38,184 bases of DNA from Candidatus Daviesbacteria bacterium (GTDB taxonomy: Bacteria > Patescibacteriota > Microgenomatia > Daviesbacterales > UBA10151), in NCBI GenBank assembly GCA_016176335.1, contig JACOXI010000003.1, forward strand, positions 72,920 to 111,103, in the 5' to 3' direction. Below, one piece after another: positions 1 to 8,864 of this stretch; position 1 is the stretch's first letter, and each line of letters starts with the position of its first letter. Both the position numbers and the translations under genes were made by a program. Under the pieces are notes generated by a model. That model made no database searches, was not told the DNA's origin, and saw nothing but the letters and a program-made list of their open reading frames with translations.

Positions 1-376
1 GAGTACCATCTGAAGCTTTACCAGAACTATCGGCACATTTGGTGGGTTGGTTGTTCCACGAACTGCCACATTGTCCTGATTGTTGGGCATAAGCTGCAGT
101 AACCAGATTAGGCAGCCTGCCTTGAGGTTGGGAGGGTGACCAGACAGTGGGTTGATTAATATAAATGCGAATCTCCTGACTGGGCACCTCATACACCCCT
201 CCATCTTTAGGAGACAATTGATTGCCTTTGTCATCAATCAACCAAACTTTTCCCCCGCCGGCTTTAGGCTTAAATATCTGCGGATGCTGCACTAAATAAA
301 CGCCGGCTACTAACCCTAGCAAAAGTAAAATCAGAAGTCCTAGGTGGACAATGCCTTTTTGGGACTGCACTAACAT
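1..376 (-). CDS. Pilin-like (class III signal peptide) membrane-anchored secreted protein, 3' end runs off the window
   Basis: Manual translation from ATG 376 is open to the window edge: MLVQSQKG-IVHLGLLILLLLGLVAGVYLVQHPQIFKPKA..., i.e. QKG followed by a hydrophobic helix. Not in the ORF track because it is truncated. Confidence 0.7.
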   Translation of the reverse strand, partial: MLVQSQKGIVHLGLLILLLLGLVAGVYLVQHPQIFKPKAGGGKVWLIDDKGNQLSPKDGGVYEVPSQEIRIYINQPTVWSPSQPQGRLPNLVTAAYAQQSGQCGSSWNNQPTKCADSSGKASDGT

Positions 377-420
377 CTTTTCCTGTCTATAACCAGATTA
401 GGATATTTATGAAGAGTTTG

Positions 421-2265
421 TCAAGTTTTCTTTTTCCCCACAATTTTCTCAAATTCTTCTGCTTCCAAGGTTTCTTTTTCCAAAAGGGTCTTTGCCACTT
501 GATCCAATTTTGCACGGTGCTTTTTCAGCAGTGTTTGGGCTGCTTTATAACAACCATCCATGATCCTTTTCACTTCCAAATCAATGGCATCATGCATCTT
601 GGGAGAAACCTCCGATCCTTCTTCCATTCCCCGCCAAATCCCAAACAAGGGCCTGGGATGGGCATTAATAGGCCCAAGCAAGGACATACCATATTGAGTA
701 ACCATTGATCTGGCAATGTTGGTGGCAACTTCAATATCAGATGCCGCACCTGTTGATATATCTTTGAAAATTAAATCCTCTGCAGCTTGTCCGCCCAAAG
801 CGGCCGTGATCTGCTCCAGCAGGCGTGACCTGCTTTCGTTTGACCTATCCTCTGTCGGCGGAAATAAGGTATGCCCGCCTGACATACCTCTTGAGACAAT
901 AGAGATCCTATGCACTGGATCAACATTTTTTAGAAAATGTCCCACTATAGCGTGGCCTGCCTCATGATAGGCTGCCAATTTCCTGTCTTTTTCAGACTGC
1001 ATTCTTTTTCGCTGGGGCCCTAATTTTTCTTTTGTGGCTGCCTCTTCCAAATCTTTATTATCTATGGCCGTTTTTCCCTCTCTGGCTGCCAAAATTGCCG
1101 CCTCATTTAACATATTTGCCAAATCAGCACCGGAAAACCCGACAGTTCTCCTGGCCAATTTTTCTGTTGAAACATCTTTGGTAAAAGGCTTACCTTTCAT
1201 ATGAAGTTCGATGATGGCTTTTCTTTCCACCAAATCAGGCAAACCCAAAACAACTCTTCTATCAAACCTGCCAGGTCTAATTAGCGCTGCATCCAAAAGA
1301 TCCGGCCTGTTAGTGGCGGCCAATACTATGACATGATCATTAGGAGTGAACCCATCCATCTCTACCAGAATCTGGTTTAGGGTCTGTTCTCTCTCATCAT
1401 GCCCACCTGAAAATCCCATGCCTCTTTGTCTGCCAATTGATTCAACCTCGTCAATAAAGATAATGGAAGGTGCAGCCTTTTTAGCTTGAGCAAACATATC
1501 ACGAACGCGACTTGCGCCCACCCCTACCAACATTTCCATAAATTCTGATCCGGCAATGGAATAAAAAGGGACTCCAGCTTCCCCGGCCACGGCCCGCGAC
1601 AATAGGGTTTTTCCTGTGCCGGCAGGTCCTACCATTAAAACTCCCTTGGGAATCCTGGCACCCAAAGCTTTAAATTTATCCGGGGTTTTTAAAAATTCCA
1701 CTACCTCGGATAGTTCTCTTTTGGCTTCCTCTGCCCCTGCCACATTGGCAAATTTTATTTGCGGGGCATCCTTGGTAAAGAGCCTGGCCCTGGATTGAGC
1801 AAAAGAAAAAATACCCTGAGCCCCTTCCCTGGCATTTCTGAAAAGCAAAAACATCAAACCAACCAGAAGCAGAATAGGCAAAATAGCAGATATTATGCCT
1901 ATCCAGGCTTGCTGTATGGATAAATCCCTAACCTCAATGGTGACAGATTTGGGATCCACACCTGAAGATTCAAGGATTTTGTAGATAGACTCACCTGCTT
2001 CCTTGCGGGAGATCAGCTTTTGATCCGCATCTTTGACCTCGGCAATAACTTTGTCACCTTCCAAAGAGATCTTTTGAATTTTTCCTTCTCTGGTTTGATT
2101 GATAATTTGTGAAATGGGGACCTCATTACCGGCAGTTTGGGGACCACCTGACACTTGATAGAAAAAGATTAAGGCTGCCAAAGCAATTAACACATATACC
2201 AGCAAACCCTTCACAACAGCCCAAATCCTTTTATTTACATTAATCTTTCTTTTACCGTTTGCCAT
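421..2265 (-). CDS. ftsH: ATP-dependent zinc metalloprotease FtsH
   Basis: Two N-terminal TM segments, Walker A GPAGTGKT, Walker [30 protein letters not shown], zinc motif HEAGH. Confidence 0.98.
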   Translation of the reverse strand: MANGKRKINVNKRIWAVVKGLLVYVLIALAALIFFYQVSGGPQTAGNEVPISQIINQTREGKIQKISLEGDKVIAEVKDADQKLISRKEAGESIYKILESSGVDPKSVTIEVRDLSIQQAWIGIISAILPILLLVGLMFLLFRNAREGAQGIFSFAQSRARLFTKDAPQIKFANVAGAEEAKRELSEVVEFLKTPDKFKALGARIPKGVLMVGPAGTGKTLLSRAVAGEAGVPFYSIAGSEFMEMLVGVGASRVRDMFAQAKKAAPSIIFIDEVESIGRQRGMGFSGGHDEREQTLNQILVEMDGFTPNDHVIVLAATNRPDLLDAALIRPGRFDRRVVLGLPDLVERKAIIELHMKGKPFTKDVSTEKLARRTVGFSGADLANMLNEAAILAAREGKTAIDNKDLEEAATKEKLGPQRKRMQSEKDRKLAAYHEAGHAIVGHFLKNVDPVHRISIVSRGMSGGHTLFPPTEDRSNESRSRLLEQITAALGGQAAEDLIFKDISTGAASDIEVATNIARSMVTQYGMSLLGPINAHPRPLFGIWRGMEEGSEVSPKMHDAIDLEVKRIMDGCYKAAQTLLKKHRAKLDQVAKTLLEKETLEAEEFEKIVGKKKT

Positions 2266-2339
2266 GGAGGAATATTAGCACAATTTAGCAGATTTTGGTA
2301 CCCGGCGGGACTTTTTAATGAAATCATCTTATAAGTTTT

Positions 2340-2386
2340 CCAAGTACCAAATTACAAGATTTCCAAACAATCATCAGACTCCAAAT
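2340..2386. repeat. Degenerate 7-mer tandem repeat arm downstream of four-helix-bundle gene 1
   Basis: ccaagta ccaaatt acaagat ttccaaa caat; inverted relative to 2751-2791. Confidence 0.75.
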
Positions 2387-2387
2387 T

Positions 2388-2750
2388 CTAAAGAGACTTA
2401 TTTATCATAGAGGAAAATATCTTAATGAATTCTGTGGATTCCAAAAGTTTTGGGTCAATTTCTCCTTTTAAATCTGGATTATTATGCAGAATTAATTCTA
2501 ACCAATACCTTGTTTCTTTAGCTTCCTTTCTGCATATCCTAACTCTCATATAAAAATCTTTTTTACCAAGCGCTTCATTTGCCTCTCTATAATTCGCTCC
2601 AACTGAACCTGAAGATCTCACTACTTGACTAATTAATTCGAAGTTAACTGAATTTTTGGGGAGTTTTTTGACAAGATCAATTATTTTCTTAGCAAAGTTT
2701 AGTGTTCTGTCTTCAAGATCAAATTTTCTATCTATTTGATTATTGGGCAT
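2388..2750 (-). CDS. Four helix bundle protein (23S rRNA IVP / bAvd-like family)
   Basis: 120 aa with DLEDRT..FA, QVVRSSGSVGANYREA, KEAKETRYWL family motifs. Confidence 0.92.
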   Translation of the reverse strand: MPNNQIDRKFDLEDRTLNFAKKIIDLVKKLPKNSVNFELISQVVRSSGSVGANYREANEALGKKDFYMRVRICRKEAKETRYWLELILHNNPDLKGEIDPKLLESTEFIKIFSSMINKSL

Positions 2751-2791
2751 TATTATTTGTTTGGTACTTGGTTCTTGGATACTTGGTACTT
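2751..2791. repeat. 7-mer tandem repeat arm upstream of four-helix-bundle gene 1
   Basis: tttgtttggtacttggttcttggatacttggtactt; minus strand reads aagtacc aagtatcc aagaacc aagtacc aaac. Confidence 0.8.
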
Positions 2792-3833
2792 ATTGATTGA
2801 AATAATCCAACTTCATGGCTTTTGTAACTTCTTCTAGGGTTTTTTTGGCTTCAGACCTGGCTTTTTGGGTCCCTTCTTTTAGTATTCTATCTACGAGCTC
2901 CGGCTGTTTTTCATACTGCGCTCGTTTTTTTCTAATTGGATCCAGGAAATTATTTAAAATTTTAGTAAGGTACTTTTTTACCTCAATGTCTCCTACTTGG
3001 CCTTTTGTATATTGATCCTTGTAATTTGTAATTTGGGCTTTGTCATTTTCAGAACCAAAAGCATCCAAATAAATAAATACCGGGTTTCCTTCCACTGTCC
3101 CGGGATCTGTTGAATGAATTCTTTTTGGATCTGTGTACATACTCATGACTTTCTTCTCCACTTCATCAGGAGAATCTGTTAAAAAAATGGCATTCCCTAA
3201 AGATTTACCCATCTTTGATTGACCATCTGTACCCGGCAAAGTCGGCACCTCCCCTATTAAGGGTTCGGGCAACGGGAAAACTTGTCCATATAAATTATTA
3301 AACTTGATGGCAATATCCCGGGCAAATTCCACATGGGCTTTCTGATCCTTACCAACAGGCACCAGATTGGCCTTGGGCAAAAGGATGTCAGCTGCCATCA
3401 GTACAGGATAGCTGTACAAAGCAAAGGTGTCTTGCTCCCCTTGATCCAACTTCTCTTTTAAAGCCGGTTGCCTTTCCAATACTGCCCTGGGGGTGAGAAT
3501 CCCCAAAAAATAAGCCAGCTCGGTTGTTTCCGGCACTTGTGATTGCAGTACAAAAGTGGCTTTATTGGGATCTAAACCAACCGATAAATATCCCAGCATC
3601 AGACCGCGGATGTTTTGCCCCAGATCCCCGGTTTTATCAAAATGGGTAGTCAGAGCATGCAGATCCGCTATGAGGATATACGTCTCATATTCATCCTGTA
3701 ACTTGACTCGATTCTTGAGTGAACCAATATAATTTCCCAAATGGAAACTATCATAGGTGGGCCTATCCCCAGTGAGAATGCGTTTTCTGGCATTCTCACC
3801 CTGAGCTTGTCGAAGGGTCAAAATCCTTTTCAT
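2790..3833 (-). CDS. trpS: Tryptophanyl-tRNA synthetase (likely start MKRILT at 3833)
   Basis: ILTGDRPT, HIGH-like HLGN, YPVLMAADIL, VPVGKDQ, KMSKS-like KMGKS. Confidence 0.97.
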   Translation of the reverse strand: MKRILTLRQAQGENARKRILTGDRPTYDSFHLGNYIGSLKNRVKLQDEYETYILIADLHALTTHFDKTGDLGQNIRGLMLGYLSVGLDPNKATFVLQSQVPETTELAYFLGILTPRAVLERQPALKEKLDQGEQDTFALYSYPVLMAADILLPKANLVPVGKDQKAHVEFARDIAIKFNNLYGQVFPLPEPLIGEVPTLPGTDGQSKMGKSLGNAIFLTDSPDEVEKKVMSMYTDPKRIHSTDPGTVEGNPVFIYLDAFGSENDKAQITNYKDQYTKGQVGDIEVKKYLTKILNNFLDPIRKKRAQYEKQPELVDRILKEGTQKARSEAKKTLEEVTKAMKLDYFNQ

Positions 3834-3898
3834 ATTCTTCTTAAGTATTGTATTCCCTCCCAATTCCATACGCAATAATGCTCTTATATTTTCAACTA

Positions 3899-4426
3899 TT
3901 ATCCGGCTATCGGCGCTCTAGGAAATGGTTCCAGACCACTGCTTTGAGCTTGAAACAAAATCTCTTGTCTTCTTTTCGCATCAGGCCGTCTTATAAAACT
4001 AAAACCTGATAAATCCAAGTCTACTTCAACTCCAATTAACAGTTGTCTTAATTCTAACACCCGAGCATAACCTGTTAAAATACTCTGCATCTTAAATCGT
4101 TCAGCATTCTCAGCATCGAATTCTCGATATTCCACTCGGCGATGCATCTCATATGCTATTTCCCTAATTCTACCTTTTAGATCATACGATCTATAATAGG
4201 CTCCAAAAATCCTATCATGCATGAATGTGAGACTGATGCCGAAGGTAGGACTTACTATATCATAGCAATTTTCCACACATCGCGACGGCATTACCTCCAC
4301 TCTAGCTACCCCATCCATTCTTGCGTGTTCTACAAACTCAGCAATAGTCATTCTATCAATTGCTTTAAATTGTTTAGCTATCGATCGAACTATCCCCCCT
4401 AAACCACTATTAACTATTTCTTTCAT
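3899..4426 (-). CDS. Hypothetical protein (likely start MKEIV at 4426)
   Basis: Long ORF with a strong SD (AAGGAGGTGA) just before ATG 4426, overlapping the racemase 3' end. No recognised motif. Confidence 0.7.
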   Translation of the reverse strand: MKEIVNSGLGGIVRSIAKQFKAIDRMTIAEFVEHARMDGVARVEVMPSRCVENCYDIVSPTFGISLTFMHDRIFGAYYRSYDLKGRIREIAYEMHRRVEYREFDAENAERFKMQSILTGYARVLELRQLLIGVEVDLDLSGFSFIRRPDAKRRQEILFQAQSSGLEPFPRAPIAG

Positions 4427-5150
4427 TTCTATCACCTCCTTGCATAATGTTGTTTTTGAATTGACCATAGTAAGTTTGGAGTAGTTTTTTTGCCAAGACT
4501 TCTACTGAATTGTAAACGGGTAATGTGTAATTTTTTGAGAAAACTAACGGCAATTCCGTACAACCGAGAATAATTGCCTCTGCTCCGCTTACCTTTAAAT
4601 TATCTGCGATTTTTTTGAGACACTCCCTGTCACTTGTTAATATCTTCCCTTTTATTACATTGCGTATAATTCTCGCCAGAATTGCTATTTGTCCACTGGA
4701 AGGTATTACTGTTGATATTCCATGTTTACTAAGGGCTATTTGATATAAACCATATTTTATGGTTAATGGAGTTCCCATAAGCCCCACTTTCTTAATACCG
4801 TCTCCAGAGACTTGCTTTACTGTCTCATCTATCATAGAGACAAAGGGGATCTTTGAAATCATCTGCAATTGTGGAAGTAAAATATGGGCAGTATTACAAG
4901 CAATTGATATACAAGAAGCATTCCTTATTAGCTTCACTCTTTGTTTTAGCATGTTTAATGCCTTATTGCGGCTTCTGTCGTTTGAAATAAAATCTGGCAC
5001 AGGAACTGAATATAGAACAATTTCCGGAAATTCGTCGTTGTTTTTAGCTCCGAATTGACTAATTGCTAAATCAATTAGCAATTTATACAAATAGACAGAC
5101 GCTTCAGGGCCCATTCCTCCTAGAATATAAAGTGCTTTTTTATGTTTCAT
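4410..5150 (-). CDS. PLP-independent aspartate/glutamate racemase family protein
   Basis: ILGGMGPEAS, two catalytic Cys motifs IACNTAH and ILGCTELP. Confidence 0.93.
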   Translation of the reverse strand: MKHKKALYILGGMGPEASVYLYKLLIDLAISQFGAKNNDEFPEIVLYSVPVPDFISNDRSRNKALNMLKQRVKLIRNASCISIACNTAHILLPQLQMISKIPFVSMIDETVKQVSGDGIKKVGLMGTPLTIKYGLYQIALSKHGISTVIPSSGQIAILARIIRNVIKGKILTSDRECLKKIADNLKVSGAEAIILGCTELPLVFSKNYTLPVYNSVEVLAKKLLQTYYGQFKNNIMQGGDRNERNS

Positions 5151-6244
5151 ATTCTATCCTCCAGGAATTGCTGTAAATCCCCTCTAATAGAGCTGAGCTT
5201 TTGAAGATAATCTAAATCATACTTGGCAGCTGCACCTATCTTATACGGATCCAACTTATCTGTCATACTCACGTCACCATCTGAAGCCATATAATAAGGA
5301 GGCACTTGATGTCTGGTAAAAAACTGGAATGTTAAGACTTCTCGATATCTTGCTGGTAAATATGGGTTAATTCCATGACGAAATCTATAAAAAAATCTCT
5401 CTTGTCGTCCTCCTATACTAACTATGGTTTTAGGATCTACCATAGTTGGCTGACCTTCCAAAATAGGGGCAAATGCTCCTGGTAAAGCAATGTCGTGCAC
5501 TAACAAATGCGCTGAACCATAATAAACACCTGTACCATTCCCATAAGCTTTGTTTGCCAAAGCGTGACGGGTTTGATCAGATATTACTTGATCTACTAAA
5601 GAAGATATTTCTGCCAGTTCGTCTCCTAATACGGTTCCTGCGCCTACTTGAGTGTCCCTCAACATTAATACATGGTTTTCTAATACTGGGAAAAAGGCCT
5701 CAATATAATGTCTAGCTAACTCTGCAAACTTAGTAGATTCTGCTGTTACCCGTTCAAAGTCAAGATGGTGATTGGCAGCAGCAGAAATATGATCTGCAAA
5801 AATCATCTGCAATTGAGGAACAGCTACTCCAACCTCTTTAAGGTACTCCATATATACTAAAGCTGGTAATAATCCACTCAAAGCTCGTAAAGGTAATTGA
5901 TTTGTACCTCCGTTTACTACTCTAATAACAGTTGGCGGGTCTTGAGGTTCTAATAATGCTGTTTGCATGGCAATCTTGGTAATATTGCCGAAATCCTCTC
6001 CTCCCATAGCTTCAATATATGCTGCGTTCCTTAAGTTTCTATTACCAGAAAAGAGCATGGCATCTAAAACTTTAGGAAATCTCACGTTTAACCTAGCGGC
6101 TTCGACTTCTACGCTTTGAGGTTCATAAGGATATGGAGGTAAAAAAGGAGCGAACTGCCGGAATTTTACTACCTTTCCGTCAAACTCTCCTCCTACTACA
6201 GGGATGGTATTATTATCTAAGGCTGCTCTAACTCTACCAAGCAC
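5147..6244 (-). CDS. Hypothetical protein, possible class Ic aaRS-like (HUP/Rossmann) fold
   Basis: 365 aa ORF translationally coupled (ATGA overlap) to the racemase. Motif order MIFADH / YYGSAHLLVHDI / VSIGGRQE parallels TrpRS ILIADLH / YPVLMAADI / VPVGKDQ. The fold call is inference. Confidence 0.6.
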   Translation of the reverse strand: MLGRVRAALDNNTIPVVGGEFDGKVVKFRQFAPFLPPYPYEPQSVEVEAARLNVRFPKVLDAMLFSGNRNLRNAAYIEAMGGEDFGNITKIAMQTALLEPQDPPTVIRVVNGGTNQLPLRALSGLLPALVYMEYLKEVGVAVPQLQMIFADHISAAANHHLDFERVTAESTKFAELARHYIEAFFPVLENHVLMLRDTQVGAGTVLGDELAEISSLVDQVISDQTRHALANKAYGNGTGVYYGSAHLLVHDIALPGAFAPILEGQPTMVDPKTIVSIGGRQERFFYRFRHGINPYLPARYREVLTFQFFTRHQVPPYYMASDGDVSMTDKLDPYKIGAAAKYDLDYLQKLSSIRGDLQQFLEDRI

Positions 6245-6356
6245 ACCTTTTCCGTAATTAGAACCAAACTAGCCCCTGGTCCTCGCAAGAAGACCCAGAG
6301 GTCCGTTCGTTTGTATTTGTTCCACTTATTCTTTCCATATTTTTATTCTTTTTTAA

Positions 6357-6611
6357 TTAGACTGCTTTAAATCTCCCTTTTTGTAGCTCTTTTGAGCCAC
6401 GAGTTACCGTGGCAATACCTACTCTTAATTTTTCAGCAATTCGATGCTGAGGAAGACCTTTCTTAAGCATTTTAACAATACTTAATCTAGTTGGTATTTC
6501 TTCCAATTCTTTTGGAGTCAAAATCCCCAAAAGAAAATCCTCCATCTGATCTCTTGCTTTAATGGTTAGCAATAAATCAATTAGCTCATTTAATTGTTTA
6601 TTTCTAAGCAT
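6357..6611 (-). CDS. trpR: Trp operon repressor family protein
   Basis: LTPKELEEIPTRLSIVKML...PQHRIAEKLRVGIATVTRGSKEL, the TrpR HTH signature. Confidence 0.92.
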   Translation of the reverse strand: MLRNKQLNELIDLLLTIKARDQMEDFLLGILTPKELEEIPTRLSIVKMLKKGLPQHRIAEKLRVGIATVTRGSKELQKGRFKAV

Positions 6612-6621
6612 TAGATATACT

Positions 6622-6650
6622 ATTATACTAGTATGCTAGTACTTTGTCAA
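6622..6650 (-). promoter_or_regulatory. Consensus sigma70 promoter with overlapping TrpR-type operator
   Basis: Minus strand TTGACA (6650-6645), 17 nt spacer, TATAAT (6627-6622). Palindrome GTACTAGCATACTAGTAT (6642-6625) matches the ACTAG-N4-CTAGT trp operator pattern. Confidence 0.88.
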
Positions 6651-6695
6651 GTATCATTTGAGGAGATACTTCGAGTTCCTGAAAGGTAAACCAAT

Positions 6696-7994
6696 TTATA
6701 CTATCCTGTGTTTCTCCCGTAATTCTTCGGCAACTGTGACCATTCTATCTAACACTGCAGCTCGAGTATCCACTTGATAAATCTCTGGGGGGAAAAGCAC
6801 CTGTAAAACAGGCAGGGATCGCCTTAACTCATATAAATCATGCGCCCTACCCGGATAAATACCGGTACCAGAATCTCTAGTACCTACCTCATATTCAGAG
6901 TTTAAATAACCCAGACAGGTGTAAAAAATTAATTCCAAAGGCACAGAGATATCCCTTAACTTAAGTTGTAGGCGGGTGAAGCTGGATGCTTCTGATTGAC
7001 CCCGACCCCGGTCAACATGGTGGTCCTCCATGATTTCTTCCACGCCACTGGGGTGAGACTGTAAAACTGTAGTCACTCTTTGTACCAACTCCTTTCTTTC
7101 ATTCCCCCCTCCCATCGCTACAAACATAATTCCCAAACTATCTTGCACATAGGAAAGCGGGTCAATCACTCCCCCATTATCCACTGCCTTAGCAAGTGCT
7201 TTTAAGATTGAAGCAGCATCACTCTTCTTTCTGGGATTGGTATAAACCAAAGAGTCTGTCTCTCCGATACGCCTTAGGGAGAAAGGGTGTCTTTTTAAAT
7301 GGCAGCCTTCCGGCAGGGCTCCGCAGATCTCTCTGGCCTGCTCTCTGGCATATTGTCTCGCCGTCACCAAAACCTGCACGGCAGAGTTTGTCCCGTCTTC
7401 GTGTAATGCATAGACATCAAAATCTTCCCCGTCACCAATTCTCCCTCCGTATAGCTCCCCATTAAGCAGCATTTGCACTCGTGATAACTCGGTACGCAAG
7501 CGACCATTTAATGTCCTGGAATTAAATGAGGCTGAAATATGAGACAAGAGTATATGTCTTTGTAATTCAAATTTTAATGTAGGGTTAATACCATCATCAG
7601 GATAAGCCAGTAGTCTCAACAGGTCTGCGGGGCTTTCCGAATACAGACTGACCTCGTTTTTCAAACCCAGCTCATGTCTGTAAGCAGGCAGTGCCCTGCC
7701 CAGTACAGAATCAATTACTTCTGCGGCATGTCTTTGTTGTCTTAGATAAAAATCCTGCGGGTCCATATTTTCTGGTAAGCCATATGCCCGCCTAATAAAC
7801 CCGTAGAAGTACCTGTCAGTAGCTGTGCTAAGTTGGGCGTGCGGCTCTAGTCCTTGTCTTGTTACATTGAAGAAGCTCAAACCTTCTCTTCCGTAGGCTC
7901 TACCTAATAAACCGGTTATTCGACGATCTGCTGCTGTGGATCGTCCGGTTGGTTGAAACATTTCTATAGTGATTCGTGGTAATTTTCTCTCCAT
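6696..7994 (-). CDS. Divergent RelA/SpoT-like nucleotidyltransferase-domain protein
   Basis: C-terminal half has RKKSDAASILK, QDSLGIMFV, LELIF and AHDLYE in the order of the RelA/SpoT synthetase motifs. Confidence 0.6.
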   Translation of the reverse strand: MERKLPRITIEMFQPTGRSTAADRRITGLLGRAYGREGLSFFNVTRQGLEPHAQLSTATDRYFYGFIRRAYGLPENMDPQDFYLRQQRHAAEVIDSVLGRALPAYRHELGLKNEVSLYSESPADLLRLLAYPDDGINPTLKFELQRHILLSHISASFNSRTLNGRLRTELSRVQMLLNGELYGGRIGDGEDFDVYALHEDGTNSAVQVLVTARQYAREQAREICGALPEGCHLKRHPFSLRRIGETDSLVYTNPRKKSDAASILKALAKAVDNGGVIDPLSYVQDSLGIMFVAMGGGNERKELVQRVTTVLQSHPSGVEEIMEDHHVDRGRGQSEASSFTRLQLKLRDISVPLELIFYTCLGYLNSEYEVGTRDSGTGIYPGRAHDLYELRRSLPVLQVLFPPEIYQVDTRAAVLDRMVTVAEELREKHRIV

Positions 7995-8005
7995 AATTCC
8001 TCATT

Positions 8006-8035
8006 AAAAAACAAAAATACCCCAAAGGGATATTT
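8006..8035 (-). terminator. Intrinsic-terminator-like hairpin upstream of the RelA/SpoT-like gene
   Basis: Minus strand AAATATCCC-TTT-GGGGTATTT followed by TTGTTTTTT. Confidence 0.55.
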
Positions 8036-8103
8036 CACTTGCTGTCAAGATTATATCTTACTATGGGGTAGCAGAAAAGTCAACCCTTCAATTAAATTCA
8101 GGA

Positions 8104-8856
8104 TCAAGTTTTCTTAAGCGGTCTGGCCAGCACTCCGTCATACTCAATCTCTTCATTGGATATTCTTCTAAATGGTTTTTCTCTGACCCATTCCTCAAAA
8201 ATATGGGCCACCAAACCTACCACTCTGCCAATTATGAAAAATCCTTTGCCTAAACGATAGTCAAATCCCATATCGGAAACCACCGCAGCAATTGCCCCAT
8301 CCACATTGATGGGGATTTTTTTACCTTTCTTTTTCTCCAGTTCAGCTTCCACAGCCACTGCCAGCTCACTGTGCTCTCCAAAAAATCCTAAACTTTTGGC
8401 TTTTTCAAAAATTTGGGTGGCCCTAGGATCAGTGGTATATACTTTGTGGCCATATCCAGGTATTCTATCCCCACTGCCCACTACTTTCTCGATCAGTTTC
8501 TGGGCTGTTAACCCCATCTGTAAAAGGCGGGCACACTCCTCTATTGCCCCACCATGATATTCCCCCACCCCCAATACTCCTGCAGCCACAGCAGCTTGCA
8601 TGGGATTGCCTGCTGAAGCAGCATTTCTGGCATTGGTGGTAGAAGGTGGACCCAAACCATTGTCAATGGTGGAAATCAAAATAGCATCCAGCATGGCCCG
8701 TTCTTTTTCCGTAGGCAGCTCACCTTTGAGCTCCAGCCAGATTGCATCTGTGAAGTTAACTTTATCAATCAACTCGGTGATCTTATACCCATGAAGGTGT
8801 GCTTCTTGGTCAATGATCCCTGATATAGCTGTTTTCCATTTCTTATCCATGCTCAT
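8104..8856 (-). CDS. Citryl-CoA lyase (citrate synthase family, short form)
   Basis: 250 aa with HGGAIE, IPGYGHKVY..DPR and INVDGAIAA; downstream of the SCS/ACL-like subunits. Confidence 0.88.
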   Translation of the reverse strand: MSMDKKWKTAISGIIDQEAHLHGYKITELIDKVNFTDAIWLELKGELPTEKERAMLDAILISTIDNGLGPPSTTNARNAASAGNPMQAAVAAGVLGVGEYHGGAIEECARLLQMGLTAQKLIEKVVGSGDRIPGYGHKVYTTDPRATQIFEKAKSLGFFGEHSELAVAVEAELEKKKGKKIPINVDGAIAAVVSDMGFDYRLGKGFFIIGRVVGLVAHIFEEWVREKPFRRISNEEIEYDGVLARPLKKT

Positions 8857-8864
8857 ACTTTAAC

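Noticed and set aside
100-402. 13-bp direct repeat taaccagattagg at about 100 and 390
   Set aside because: Only two copies, one inside coding sequence, with no associated structure; plausibly chance.
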